Below are positions 43,479-52,416 of a stretch of 64,000 bases of DNA, piece by piece. This stretch comes from a bacterium (GTDB taxonomy: Bacteria > Patescibacteriota > Minisyncoccia > UBA6257 > JAGOQP01). The stretch spans positions 3,819 through 67,818 of the forward strand of contig JAJXYJ010000021.1 in the NCBI GenBank assembly GCA_021780615.1, in the 5' to 3' direction. A program made the position numbers and the translations under genes. The stretch's first letter is position 1, and each line of letters starts with the position of its first letter. The notes beneath the pieces were generated by a model. The model had not been told where the DNA came from. It did no database searches and saw only the letters and a program-made list of their open reading frames with translations.

Positions 43479-45779
43479 ATGCATTCCGACTTCCTCAAAC
43501 CATACGACCATCTGCAAGAAAAAGACGTATACTCTTCCTGGGAAAAATCGGGCTATTTTTCACCAGAAAAGTTACAGACCTTAAAATCTAAATCCCCAAA
43601 GAAACCTTCTTCCATTGGAAATTGGAAATTGGAAATTGATAATTTTTGTATAGTCATGCCTCCCGCAAACGCCAATGGTTCCCTGCATGTGGGGCATGCG
43701 GTGATGGTGGCAGTAGAAGACCTTATGGTCCGTTACTGGCGGATGAGAGGTAAAAAAACATTGTGGCTGCCGGGTGCCGACCATGCCGGTTTTGAAACAC
43801 AGGTAGTTTTTGAAAAGAAATTAGAAAAAGAAGGCACCAGCCGTTTTGAAATACTCCAAAAGGAACATGGCCGGCAGGAACTCTATAAGCGTATTTGGGA
43901 TTTTACGCAAGAAAATAAATCGCACATGGAGCATCAGGTACGGCAGTTGGGGGCGTCGTGTGATTGGACGCGCGAAACATTTACGCTTGATCCGGCGGTG
44001 GTGAGCACGGTGTATGACACATTCAAAAAACTGTATGATGATGGGTTGGTGTACCGCGCCACGCGCATCGTCAATTGGTGTACCAAACACCAAACATCGC
44101 TTTCCGATTTGGAGGTTGCCTGGGAACAGCGCACCGACAAGTTGTATCTGGTGCAATACAAGCGTGCTGATGGACACGGACATATCACGGTGGCAACCAC
44201 GCGCCCCGAAACAATTCCGGGCGACGTGGCAATTGCCGTGCATCCGGACGATAAGCGATTTGCATCGTGGGTAGGAATGCAGGTTATAAATCCGATTACA
44301 GGCAATGCAATGCCGGTTATTGCCGATAAGGCGGTTGATAAGGATTTTGGCACCGGGGCCTTAAAAATTACACCTGCCCATGACCCGGTTGATTTTGAAG
44401 TGGGACAGCGGCACAAGCTGGAAGCTATAAAAACGATTGATTTTAACGGCAGATTCAACATGCTTGCCGGTCCATTCGCGGGCATGAAAGTTGCTGAAGC
44501 ACGGGAGGAGGCGGTAAAAATACTTGAAAAGAATGGCGCGCTTGAGCGCATGGAAGAGTATACGCACCAGGTGGGGGTTTGTTACAAATGCAAAAACACC
44601 ATTGAGCCCATGATTTTACCGCAATGGTTTATTGACCTAACCAGTCCCGCAGCAAAGAAAAAAATAGTACAGCCGGCAATCAATGCGGTAAAGAAAGGAA
44701 CGATAAAAATATTTCCCGCATTTCAGGAAAAGATATTTTTTCATTGGATGAATAATATCCGCGATTGGAATATTTCCCGGCAAATCGTGTGGGGGATACC
44801 AATTCCGGCTTGGTTTCGGAAAACCAAAGCCGGAATAATTTCCAATGATCAGTTTCCAATTTCCAATAAAGATGCAAAAGAAGAGGTTTATATTGGAAAA
44901 GAAAAGCCCAAAGGAGATGGGTGGATTCAGGAGACTGATGTGTTTGATACGTGGTTTTCATCGGGGCAGTGGCCATTTGCCACACTATTAGCTCAAGATG
45001 CCGCTCATTCAAAATTCGAAACTCAAAATTCGAAATTAAAGAGAAGCGATTTTAAGGAATTTTATCCGACAAGCGTTATGGAAACGGGATATGATATACT
45101 CTTTTTCTGGGTGGCGCGCATGATCATGCTGGGGCTGTATCGCACCGGCACGGTACCATTTAAAACCGTATATCTGCACGGCTTGGTGCGGGACAAGGAT
45201 AAGCAGAAGATGTCCAAATCGAAGGGCAATGTCGTCGATCCGCTGGGCGTAGTGGAGCAATACGGCGCCGATGCGCTGCGCATGGCGCTCATTGTGGGTA
45301 ATTCCGCAGGACAGGACGTGGCATACGACGAAGACAAAGTTCGCGGGTATCGGAATTTTTCAAACAAGCTGTGGAACATCGCCCGGTTTGTCATATCGCA
45401 TGCCGAGAAAGAGAGGGATGTAGAAAAAGTGACACTCACGCCCGAAGACAAAAAACTGCTCCTGCAATGTGCAGTAGTTAAAAAGAAAGTGGCCGTGAAT
45501 ATAGAAAAGTACCGATTTTCTCAGGCTGCCGAAGAGGCATATCATTACGTATGGCACACTTTTGCTGATAAAATTATTGAAAGCAAAAAAGAAATTTTAA
45601 ATAAAGAAGCTCCATCCATCACCGACGTTAAAAAACAGGTATCAGCCCGCCGAGCGCTCTATGAATTGCTTGTGCAATCAATTAGTATGTTGCACCCGTT
45701 TATGCCGTTTGTGACGGAGGGCATTTACCAGCGGCTTCCGGCAAAAGACAAAGATTTTTTGATGATTGAAGAGTGGTAG
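43479..45779 (+). CDS. valS: Valine--tRNA ligase with three in-frame heptamer-repeat inserts
   Basis: PPANANGSLHVGH, ATTRPET, GTGALKITPAHD, DWNISRQ, KMSKS. Confidence 0.97.
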   Translation: MHSDFLKPYDHLQEKDVYSSWEKSGYFSPEKLQTLKSKSPKKPSSIGNWKLEIDNFCIVMPPANANGSLHVGHAVMVAVEDLMVRYWRMRGKKTLWLPGADHAGFETQVVFEKKLEKEGTSRFEILQKEHGRQELYKRIWDFTQENKSHMEHQVRQLGASCDWTRETFTLDPAVVSTVYDTFKKLYDDGLVYRATRIVNWCTKHQTSLSDLEVAWEQRTDKLYLVQYKRADGHGHITVATTRPETIPGDVAIAVHPDDKRFASWVGMQVINPITGNAMPVIADKAVDKDFGTGALKITPAHDPVDFEVGQRHKLEAIKTIDFNGRFNMLAGPFAGMKVAEAREEAVKILEKNGALERMEEYTHQVGVCYKCKNTIEPMILPQWFIDLTSPAAKKKIVQPAINAVKKGTIKIFPAFQEKIFFHWMNNIRDWNISRQIVWGIPIPAWFRKTKAGIISNDQFPISNKDAKEEVYIGKEKPKGDGWIQETDVFDTWFSSGQWPFATLLAQDAAHSKFETQNSKLKRSDFKEFYPTSVMETGYDILFFWVARMIMLGLYRTGTVPFKTVYLHGLVRDKDKQKMSKSKGNVVDPLGVVEQYGADALRMALIVGNSAGQDVAYDEDKVRGYRNFSNKLWNIARFVISHAEKERDVEKVTLTPEDKKLLLQCAVVKKKVAVNIEKYRFSQAAEEAYHYVWHTFADKIIESKKEILNKEAPSITDVKKQVSARRALYELLVQSISMLHPFMPFVTEGIYQRLPAKDKDFLMIEEW

Positions 45780-45895
45780 CAGTATTACCCTATAACCACC
45801 GAATAGGTGGTTGTGTTTTTTAAGTGAAAGGAATATGGTAAATGTCTGAATTGCTCTCACTATAATTACATATACATAATATATAGGAGGTTTTT

Positions 45896-46114
45896 ATGTT
45901 AGATGATTTATTTGAGGAAGTTTTTGGATATCAGGGGAATGATTTGTCTGACGACAAAAAGTTTAATGTTCTTGAAAAAAGAGCATATGAACTAGGGGAT
46001 GGTGAGTTGATCCACCGCTTGAGCGATATAAAGAACTCAGATCGTATTTCTCTGTCTTTGAAGACAGGCGTGGACTTTGAGGATTCCATGTTTTTTTCAC
46101 GCTCTTTTATATGA
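45896..46114 (+). CDS. Small hypothetical protein
   Basis: AGGAGG RBS; 72 aa. Confidence 0.55.
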   Translation: MLDDLFEEVFGYQGNDLSDDKKFNVLEKRAYELGDGELIHRLSDIKNSDRISLSLKTGVDFEDSMFFSRSFI

Positions 46115-46202
46115 ACGTTTTGCCGGCTACAAGCCGGCATTTTTATGCATTGCCTCGCATATATGGCTGTGATATGATGTATGTACTGATATAAGATTCT
46201 AT

Positions 46203-46817
46203 ATGAAATCAAATTCTTTTGAAAAACAGAAAGGGGAAGATGGACAAGGGGAAGAAAAAAACAATGCTCAAAAAAGCGTTGAATTAAGCGGTCTTGAGGT
46301 TACGCCACAAGGCAGAATTCAGAACGTTGACCATTTTTTCCTTCATTATGTTCATGAGGACGAGAAAGCTATTAGAGAAAGCAAGGAATGGAAAGAGGCA
46401 GTACAAGATCTTTTGGATAGAAAACTTAGCGATGTGAATATTGAGATGGATGAAGGGGTTCGTGCGGCAATCATGGATCCGGAAGGGTATAAGAGAGAAT
46501 TCGCGAATTATTGGGATGGTAAAAAAGCGGAAGAAGTTTTGGATATCACGGAGGGAGAAAGGAGCCGCTACGAGGCGGTGTATGCATCTCTTTCAACCGC
46601 GCAGGAGGGGATTGAAAGAGAGTTATTAAATGAGACAAAAACAAACGATGGTGCCGCCGATAAAATAATTGAAGCGGAATTTGTAAAGGCATTGCGGCTT
46701 GTACAAATGGCTAAAAAAAATATTCTTGAAATAGAGGAGTTTTTGGATAATAAAAAAAATGAAATTCTTTTTAGCGGTACATTTGGAACAGGGGAATTAG
46801 AACATGAAGGCAATTAA
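46203..46817 (+). CDS. Acidic hypothetical protein
   Basis: 204-aa ORF overlapping murD start. Confidence 0.65.
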   Translation: MKSNSFEKQKGEDGQGEEKNNAQKSVELSGLEVTPQGRIQNVDHFFLHYVHEDEKAIRESKEWKEAVQDLLDRKLSDVNIEMDEGVRAAIMDPEGYKREFANYWDGKKAEEVLDITEGERSRYEAVYASLSTAQEGIERELLNETKTNDGAADKIIEAEFVKALRLVQMAKKNILEIEEFLDNKKNEILFSGTFGTGELEHEGN

Positions 46818-48273
46818 AAGGCTTGGGGCGCTTACGGGCAAAAAAATATTACTTGTCGGTTTGGGGCGATTGGGAGGGGGTGTGGCAGCCGCCCGTTTTT
46901 TTGCCAGTCGTGGCGCCCAGTTGACCGTTACTGATCAGCTTTCTGTTGATAATCTTGCTGTATCACTGCGCACATTGAAAAAATATCGCATCATCTACAC
47001 ATTAGGCAGGCATGATAAAAAAGATTTTGTAGGCAAGGATATGATTGTGTTTAACCAAGCGGTGTCCGCCACAAGCCCATGGGTTTCCTACGCCCGCAGG
47101 CATTGCAAGGAAGTGTATAACGATCTCACGTTCTTTCTTTCATGGCTATCGAATTATCCCGGCGTAGCATATGTTGGTGTGACGGGAACGCGTGGTAAAA
47201 CCACGGTAACCACATGGATTGGGCATTTATTAAAGCCATCCATTGTTGGAGGGAACATGCCTCATAATGGACTCTATACCATTATAGAAAAAATCGAAAA
47301 AAATAACTTATTCTCACGTTCTCAAGAACATAAGAATAAGAAAAAGTGCGTTCAAAAACCTATTGTTTTGGAACTGTCGTCATTTCAGCTTGAGTATGTA
47401 TTGGGTGCAGCTAAAGCTCCACACGTAGCGGTAATCACTAACCTTTCGCAAGATCATTTAAACAGGCATGGAACCATGGAAGAGTATGCTCGCGTTAAAG
47501 GCCTCATATTTAAAAATCAAAAATCATCCGATGTTTTAGTGCTTAATGCCGATACTGCGTACGTGAAAAACTTTCTTGCTATGAAACCGCGGGGAAAAGT
47601 TATTTTCTTTTCGCTCAAACAACTTCCCGCATCATCCGATGGGTTGTATGCACACAAAGGACGTATATATAACAAGGAAGGGAATGTTAAAACATTCATT
47701 GCTCCCATGCCATACATCGCGGAACATGATCAACGGAATTTTCTTGCTACAATCGCCGCGGTACATGCATATGGTGCACCATGGGATGCTGTGTTGCGTC
47801 GCGCACGTACCCTGCCCACCATTCCATTTCGGCAACAAGTAGTATATCAAGATAAAAAGGTGACTATTATCAATGATTCTGCCGCAACGAGTCCCGAGGG
47901 GGCTATTGCCGCCCTGCGGGCGTTGGCATCACATGCCCGTAGTCTTGCATTCATATGCGGGGGGACCGATAAACAGCTGGATATGATGCCGCTTGCTTAT
48001 GAACTCAAAAAAATACTCCCTATTAAAAACCTATTTCTTTTGGAGGGAAGTGCAACCAAAAAACTTTTTGTTGATATGAAGCGTGTGGGCTATGGCAAAA
48101 AGACTCAGCCTGCAATATATGACAATCTTGAGGATATTATTACCGCCATCAAAAAACATAAAAAATTTACGCATATAATACTTTCTCCGGGAGCCGCAAG
48201 CTTTGAAAAATTTAAAAATGAATTTGATCGGGGTAGAAAGTTTAATGCCTTCATAAAGGCTCAGTGGGGATAG
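46804..48273 (+). CDS. murD: UDP-MurNAc-L-Ala--D-Glu ligase
   Basis: VTGTRGKTT, LELSSFQL, DHLNRH, INDSAAT, LSPGAASF..F..RG. Confidence 0.95.
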   Translation: MKAIKRLGALTGKKILLVGLGRLGGGVAAARFFASRGAQLTVTDQLSVDNLAVSLRTLKKYRIIYTLGRHDKKDFVGKDMIVFNQAVSATSPWVSYARRHCKEVYNDLTFFLSWLSNYPGVAYVGVTGTRGKTTVTTWIGHLLKPSIVGGNMPHNGLYTIIEKIEKNNLFSRSQEHKNKKKCVQKPIVLELSSFQLEYVLGAAKAPHVAVITNLSQDHLNRHGTMEEYARVKGLIFKNQKSSDVLVLNADTAYVKNFLAMKPRGKVIFFSLKQLPASSDGLYAHKGRIYNKEGNVKTFIAPMPYIAEHDQRNFLATIAAVHAYGAPWDAVLRRARTLPTIPFRQQVVYQDKKVTIINDSAATSPEGAIAALRALASHARSLAFICGGTDKQLDMMPLAYELKKILPIKNLFLLEGSATKKLFVDMKRVGYGKKTQPAIYDNLEDIITAIKKHKKFTHIILSPGAASFEKFKNEFDRGRKFNAFIKAQWG

Positions 48274-48338
48274 ATAAATAAATAGTGGATCGGTGTACGG
48301 GGATGCATTGTCAGCCGTGAATATGATAGTATGTGCAT

Positions 48339-49076
48339 ATGAGTTGGATATTTGCGGTCGTCCTGGGCTTTATTCCGGGGCTCATATGGCTCTTTTTCTT
48401 TCTTCGGGAGGATATTCACCCAGAGCCAAGAAAAATGCTTGGATTAGCATTTTTATTTGGTGGTATTTCGTCTATTGCGGCACTTATTATTGAGGCGGCG
48501 GCTGCGCCGATGCTCAATAACACGCTCATTACACTACCTCATATTATCAATAGTAATATCAGTGAATATCTTGGGTTTGCCATCGTAGAAGAGGTGGTAA
48601 AATTTTTCTTTATCTATCTTCTGGTTCGCAAGAGTCCTTATTTTGACGAACCGATTGATGCGATGATTTATTTAATCACGGGCGCTCTTGGATTTGCTAC
48701 CGTGGAAAATGTACTCATTGCACTTTCGGGCGGCGGCACACAGATTTTTGGCACTCTATTGAGTCGTTTTATCGGTGCAACACTTCTCCATGCGCTCACT
48801 GCCGGACTTATCGGACACTTTTGGGCGCGGGGAATTAAATTCAAAATGGAAGGCCGTTTTGTGTTTGGGGGATTAGTTATGGCGTCGCTATTTCATGCAA
48901 CGTTCAATATTCTCGTGGTCCAATTTAGTGATATTCTCATTTACCCCACGGTCTTTTTAGGACTTATCGGATTTTTTGTTTTGTATGATTTTCAAGACTT
49001 ACGAAAAATAGAAGAAATAGAAGAAAAGGCAAAAGAACAACAAACGACTCCCTACGTTAGAGAGGATGTGGTATGA
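48339..49076 (+). CDS. prsW: PrsW family intramembrane metalloprotease
   Basis: HPEP, EEVVK, GFATVEN, two His motifs. Confidence 0.9.
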   Translation: MSWIFAVVLGFIPGLIWLFFFLREDIHPEPRKMLGLAFLFGGISSIAALIIEAAAAPMLNNTLITLPHIINSNISEYLGFAIVEEVVKFFFIYLLVRKSPYFDEPIDAMIYLITGALGFATVENVLIALSGGGTQIFGTLLSRFIGATLLHALTAGLIGHFWARGIKFKMEGRFVFGGLVMASLFHATFNILVVQFSDILIYPTVFLGLIGFFVLYDFQDLRKIEEIEEKAKEQQTTPYVREDVV

Positions 49077-49141
49077 GGTCTTTTTGCCTTGCTTTTTATT
49101 TTTTTTAAAAAGAGGTATACTAATAAAAATAACAAACACGT

Positions 49142-49660
49142 ATGAACGGAGATAATAAAGATTTTTTTGAACAACTTGCAGGAATACGTTCGGACTCCAT
49201 GGGGGGTGAATCAGCTCCTCTTGAAGCTGATTTAGTTCGTGCAAACAAAGTCGCCCCAGTCGATGAAGACGAGGAAGAGGCGCTCGTTGAAACTAATAAA
49301 GGAGCGGGTGATACGGAGTTTGACGATGCCGAAGGTCATTTGACTGTTGATGTGTATCAAACGGCAGAAAATATTGTTATTGAATCAACGATTGCTGGCG
49401 TCGGACCTGACGACATTGATGTGGCAATCACCGCAGAATCGGTTATTATCAAGGGCAAGCGAGAGCGCAAAGAGCGTGTACGTAAGAGTGATTTTTTGCA
49501 TGAAGAATGCTTTTGGGGCAAGTTCTCCCGCTCCATTATTTTGCCGCAAGAAATTGATCCCGATAATGCTCAGGCATCACTTAAAAACGGTGTATTAAAA
49601 ATTGTACTCCCTAAAATTCATCGCAGTCAGGGCAAAAAGATTAAGGTGAAATTAGACTAA
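49142..49660 (+). CDS. Small heat shock protein (Hsp20)
   Basis: VDVYQT, GKFSRSIILP, ASLKNGVLKIVLPK. Confidence 0.93.
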   Translation: MNGDNKDFFEQLAGIRSDSMGGESAPLEADLVRANKVAPVDEDEEEALVETNKGAGDTEFDDAEGHLTVDVYQTAENIVIESTIAGVGPDDIDVAITAESVIIKGKRERKERVRKSDFLHEECFWGKFSRSIILPQEIDPDNAQASLKNGVLKIVLPKIHRSQGKKIKVKLD

Positions 49661-49720
49661 TACAGTTATAAAGTTGAAAGTTATAAAGAAAAAACGGCTT
49701 GAAATAAGGCCGTTTTTGTA

Positions 49721-49749
49721 TTGACATATATTTCTATTCATGATATAAT
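49721..49749 (+). promoter_or_regulatory. Consensus sigma70 promoter of DGR target gene
   Basis: TTGACA-17 bp-(TGA)TATAAT; GGAGGT RBS. Confidence 0.8.
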
Positions 49750-49809
49750 ACATCAACATAGTCAAGGTGATTATGGAGTACATAATAATTTAATATTTGG
49801 AGGTATGCG

Positions 49810-50463
49810 ATGAAAAATCGTAAGCTATCAGTGCATGTAGAACATGAGCTTTTATTAAAGCTTGAATCTGCTGGTTTAAATGATGACTTGGCACAAAGAA
49901 TCATTGAGTCGAAAGGAAACAAAATTGCAAAGCAGATGATTGGAATTATCTTACCAGAATCGGCCACAGATGAACGCTTTGAATTTGTAAAAGAGTTCAA
50001 ATTCACTGTTCCGACTGATTATGACCATGCGACACAGCTGGCAACATTTGCCAAAGCACATAAAAAAGGATTTTATTACTACAACGACGATATTACCGAT
50101 ACCAATTTTGCCAAAGCGACCAATAAACTGGTTCCCGGCAAAACATATACGGTAAAAATCTTCGGCATTAAACAAACATTTCAGTCACAGGACGGCTTGG
50201 ATCTCATTGCTTCACAGAAAGGGATCCTTGCCGGTGCACAGGGTGCAAGCTTAGTATATCAACTTGCAAAAGACGAACTCCCCAAAGGCAAATGGTATAT
50301 ATCATTTGATGAAAAGAATGCCCTTTGGGTCGACTCCGATGGCTTCCACCGCGTTCCGTACGTGGGTCGCAGCTCGGACGGCGGTTTCGGGTTCTACCTC
50401 GGCTACTTCGGGAATGAGTGGGGTTCTGATGACTGTGTCTTGTGTTTCTGCGACTCTGAGTAG
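49810..50463 (+). CDS. DGR target protein with C-terminal variable region
   Basis: 3' 124 bp is an adenine-mutated copy of TR. Confidence 0.92.
   Translation: MKNRKLSVHVEHELLLKLESAGLNDDLAQRIIESKGNKIAKQMIGIILPESATDERFEFVKEFKFTVPTDYDHATQLATFAKAHKKGFYYYNDDITDTNFAKATNKLVPGKTYTVKIFGIKQTFQSQDGLDLIASQKGILAGAQGASLVYQLAKDELPKGKWYISFDEKNALWVDSDGFHRVPYVGRSSDGGFGFYLGYFGNEWGSDDCVLCFCDSE
50333..50456 (+). repeat. DGR variable region (VR)
   Basis: 124-bp ungapped match to TR; 16 of 18 mismatches opposite TR adenines. Confidence 0.95.
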
Positions 50464-50512
50464 TACTTTGGATCTTTGGTTCTTAACGATTGCGCTAAGA
50501 CCCTTAGATCCT

Positions 50513-50539
50513 TTTAGCCCTTGCAAAGCAAGGGCTAAA
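50513..50539 (+). promoter_or_regulatory. Post-VR hairpin (DGR cis element and/or terminator)
   Basis: Perfect 12-bp stem TTTAGCCCTTGC-AAA-GCAAGGGCTAAA. Confidence 0.7.
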
Positions 50540-50585
50540 TTTTATATAGTGACTATGGATAGTAGATGAGATCATGCGGCTACTT

Positions 50586-50605
50586 CCTGCCTGCCGGCAG
50601 GCAGG
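50586..50605. repeat. Perfect 20-bp palindrome
   Basis: CCTGCCTGCCGGCAGGCAGG. Confidence 0.85.
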
Positions 50606-50826
50606 GCTTCATGACGTCGAATTCTCGTAAAAGATTCTTGTCAGTAGTTCGTCGGATTGTTCGCTTGTAGCGGGTATATCTTACGGGCGTGCACATCCTT
50701 TATACGAAAAAATCACAGAGTCGGTGCGATATATGAGGGAGTACATAAAACTCCGCAAACTATTCAAGAAGTGACCGGCGTTACTTCTGGTGTCAGGGAA
50801 CATACATCGTACGCTAATGGCACGGC

Positions 50827-50950
50827 ACTCCGATGGCAACCACCGCGTTCCGAACGTGAATCACAACTCGGACGGCGACTTCAAGTTCAACCTCGGCAAC
50901 TTCGAGAATGAGTGGAATTCTGATAACTGTGTCTTGTGTTTCTGCTACTC
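50827..50950 (+). ncRNA. DGR template region (TR)
   Basis: Nine AAY codons in the VR frame; 3' end TGCTACTC vs VR TGCGACTC (IMH*/IMH-like). Confidence 0.95.
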
Positions 50951-50966
50951 GTCTGATTTCTCCCGT

Positions 50967-51350
50967 TTATTGAGCGGGAGTTTTATTTTCTATCTGTCGC
51001 TTCCATCCTCCTAACATACGTCCTACTTCATCAAGTGATAACATGAGCACGCCGTAATGTTTGTTGTCTAAAATTTCATGTTCCCATGCGATTTGCAAAA
51101 GAAATTTCAATAAATCGCTGTTGGCGATAGACGAGGAGACAAAAGATAGTTTTTCAAGCTTATTTGAAGCGAAACTTGTACGAAATAGGTGTTCAAGAAA
51201 TACTAAAAACACATCATCAATTCGTATCCCTATGGTGTATCGATCAATTCGCTTTACATGTATAAGTATCTCATGCCACACTTTGTAGGTGTTTTTTGCC
51301 TTCATAAGCACAAGCGGTGCTTGTGCGGGGGGGGGGAGTAAAATTTTCAT
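50967..51350 (-). CDS. avd: Avd-like four-helix-bundle accessory protein
   Basis: RYTIGIRID, LKFLLQIAWE, EVGRMLGGW; located between TR and RT. Confidence 0.85.
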   Translation of the reverse strand: MKILLPPPAQAPLVLMKAKNTYKVWHEILIHVKRIDRYTIGIRIDDVFLVFLEHLFRTSFASNKLEKLSFVSSSIANSDLLKFLLQIAWEHEILDNKHYGVLMLSLDEVGRMLGGWKRQIENKTPAQ

Positions 51351-52321
51351 ATGTTTAATCAAAAGTATATAAACACTATAACCATAGAAAATATTCTTGC
51401 AACATGGAAGCAGTTTTTGCGCGGGAAAAAACAAAGAAAAGATGTGATGTTATTTCAAAGTAGATTGACTGAAAATATATCAGAGTTATTTTTTGAACTA
51501 CGCAATCAAACGTATGTGCATGGTTCGTATGTGGCGTTTAATGTTTCAGATCCGAAACCGCGCATAATTCATAAAGCTTTGGTGCGAGATAGAGTTATTC
51601 ATCATCTCATATACAAGACGTTGTATTCCTATTTTGACGAACGCTTCATTCACGATTCATATTCATGCAGAAAAGAAAAAGGCACACATCGTGCGCTTGA
51701 TCGGTTTAACACATTCGCTCGTAAAGTGTCTCAAAATTACACACGCACGTGTTATGTACTTAAATGTGATATACGAAAGTTTTTTGCGAACATAGACCAC
51801 GGGGTACTTATACAAATTTTGCAAAGACACATTGCGGACGAGGATATGCTTTGGCTGGTTGGGCGAGTAATACAGAGTTTTTATTCTGGCGCAGAAGGGT
51901 GGGTCTGCCACTTGGTAACCTTACCTCACAATTGCTTGTCAATGTATATATGCATGAATTCGATATGTATATAAAGCAAGGACTGCGAGCAAAATATTAT
52001 ATCCGTTATGCAGATGATTTTGTAATACTTTCTGATAGCAAGACACATCTTGAGGATCTGCTTATAAAAATAGATCTATTTCTTAATCAAGAACTTCATC
52101 TTTCTTTACACAAAGATAAAACATATATTAAAACATATGCGTCCGGTATTGATTTTCTCGGATGGATACATTTTCCTCGGTATAGGCAACTACGCACCAG
52201 TACCAAGCGACGGATTATAGAAAACATGAGATGGTATCCAAAACCGGAAACAATAAATTCATATAGTGGACTTTTGGGGCATGGAAATACATATAAAGTG
52301 CGAAAACAAATAGGACTATGA
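51351..52321 (+). pseudogene. DGR reverse transcriptase with single-base frameshift near 51897-51899
   Basis: KPRII, RDRVIHH, SYSCRKEKGTH, KCDIRKFF in frame 1; GLPLGNLTSQ and RYADDF in frame 2; one added G gives 323 aa. Confidence 0.9.
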
Positions 52322-52416
52322 TGTATGTGTGGTAAGATTTATATTACTTTCTACTCTCTTTTATATAAAGCTTGGGAATAGTGTAATGGTATGTAGGAAT
52401 ATGGTGCAGTGATATC

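Larger units (their letters stand above)
49810..52321 (+). mobile_element. Diversity-generating retroelement (target-VR, TR, avd, RT)
   Basis: VR/TR pair with A-specific mismatches, post-VR hairpin, Avd-like ORF, RT with GNLTSQ and YADD. Confidence 0.95.

Noticed and set aside
43934-44551. Long antisense ORFs opposite valS, recG, recA and others
   Set aside because: Shadow frames of well-conserved genes with no independent signals.
50657-51014. ORFs over TR resembling the target C-terminus
   Set aside because: Expected by-product of TR/VR identity; no convincing RBS, and TR acts as RNA.
51351-52321. RT as group II intron or retron
   Set aside because: Short, no maturase or endonuclease domain, has the GNLTSQ motif and an adjacent TR/VR pair and avd.
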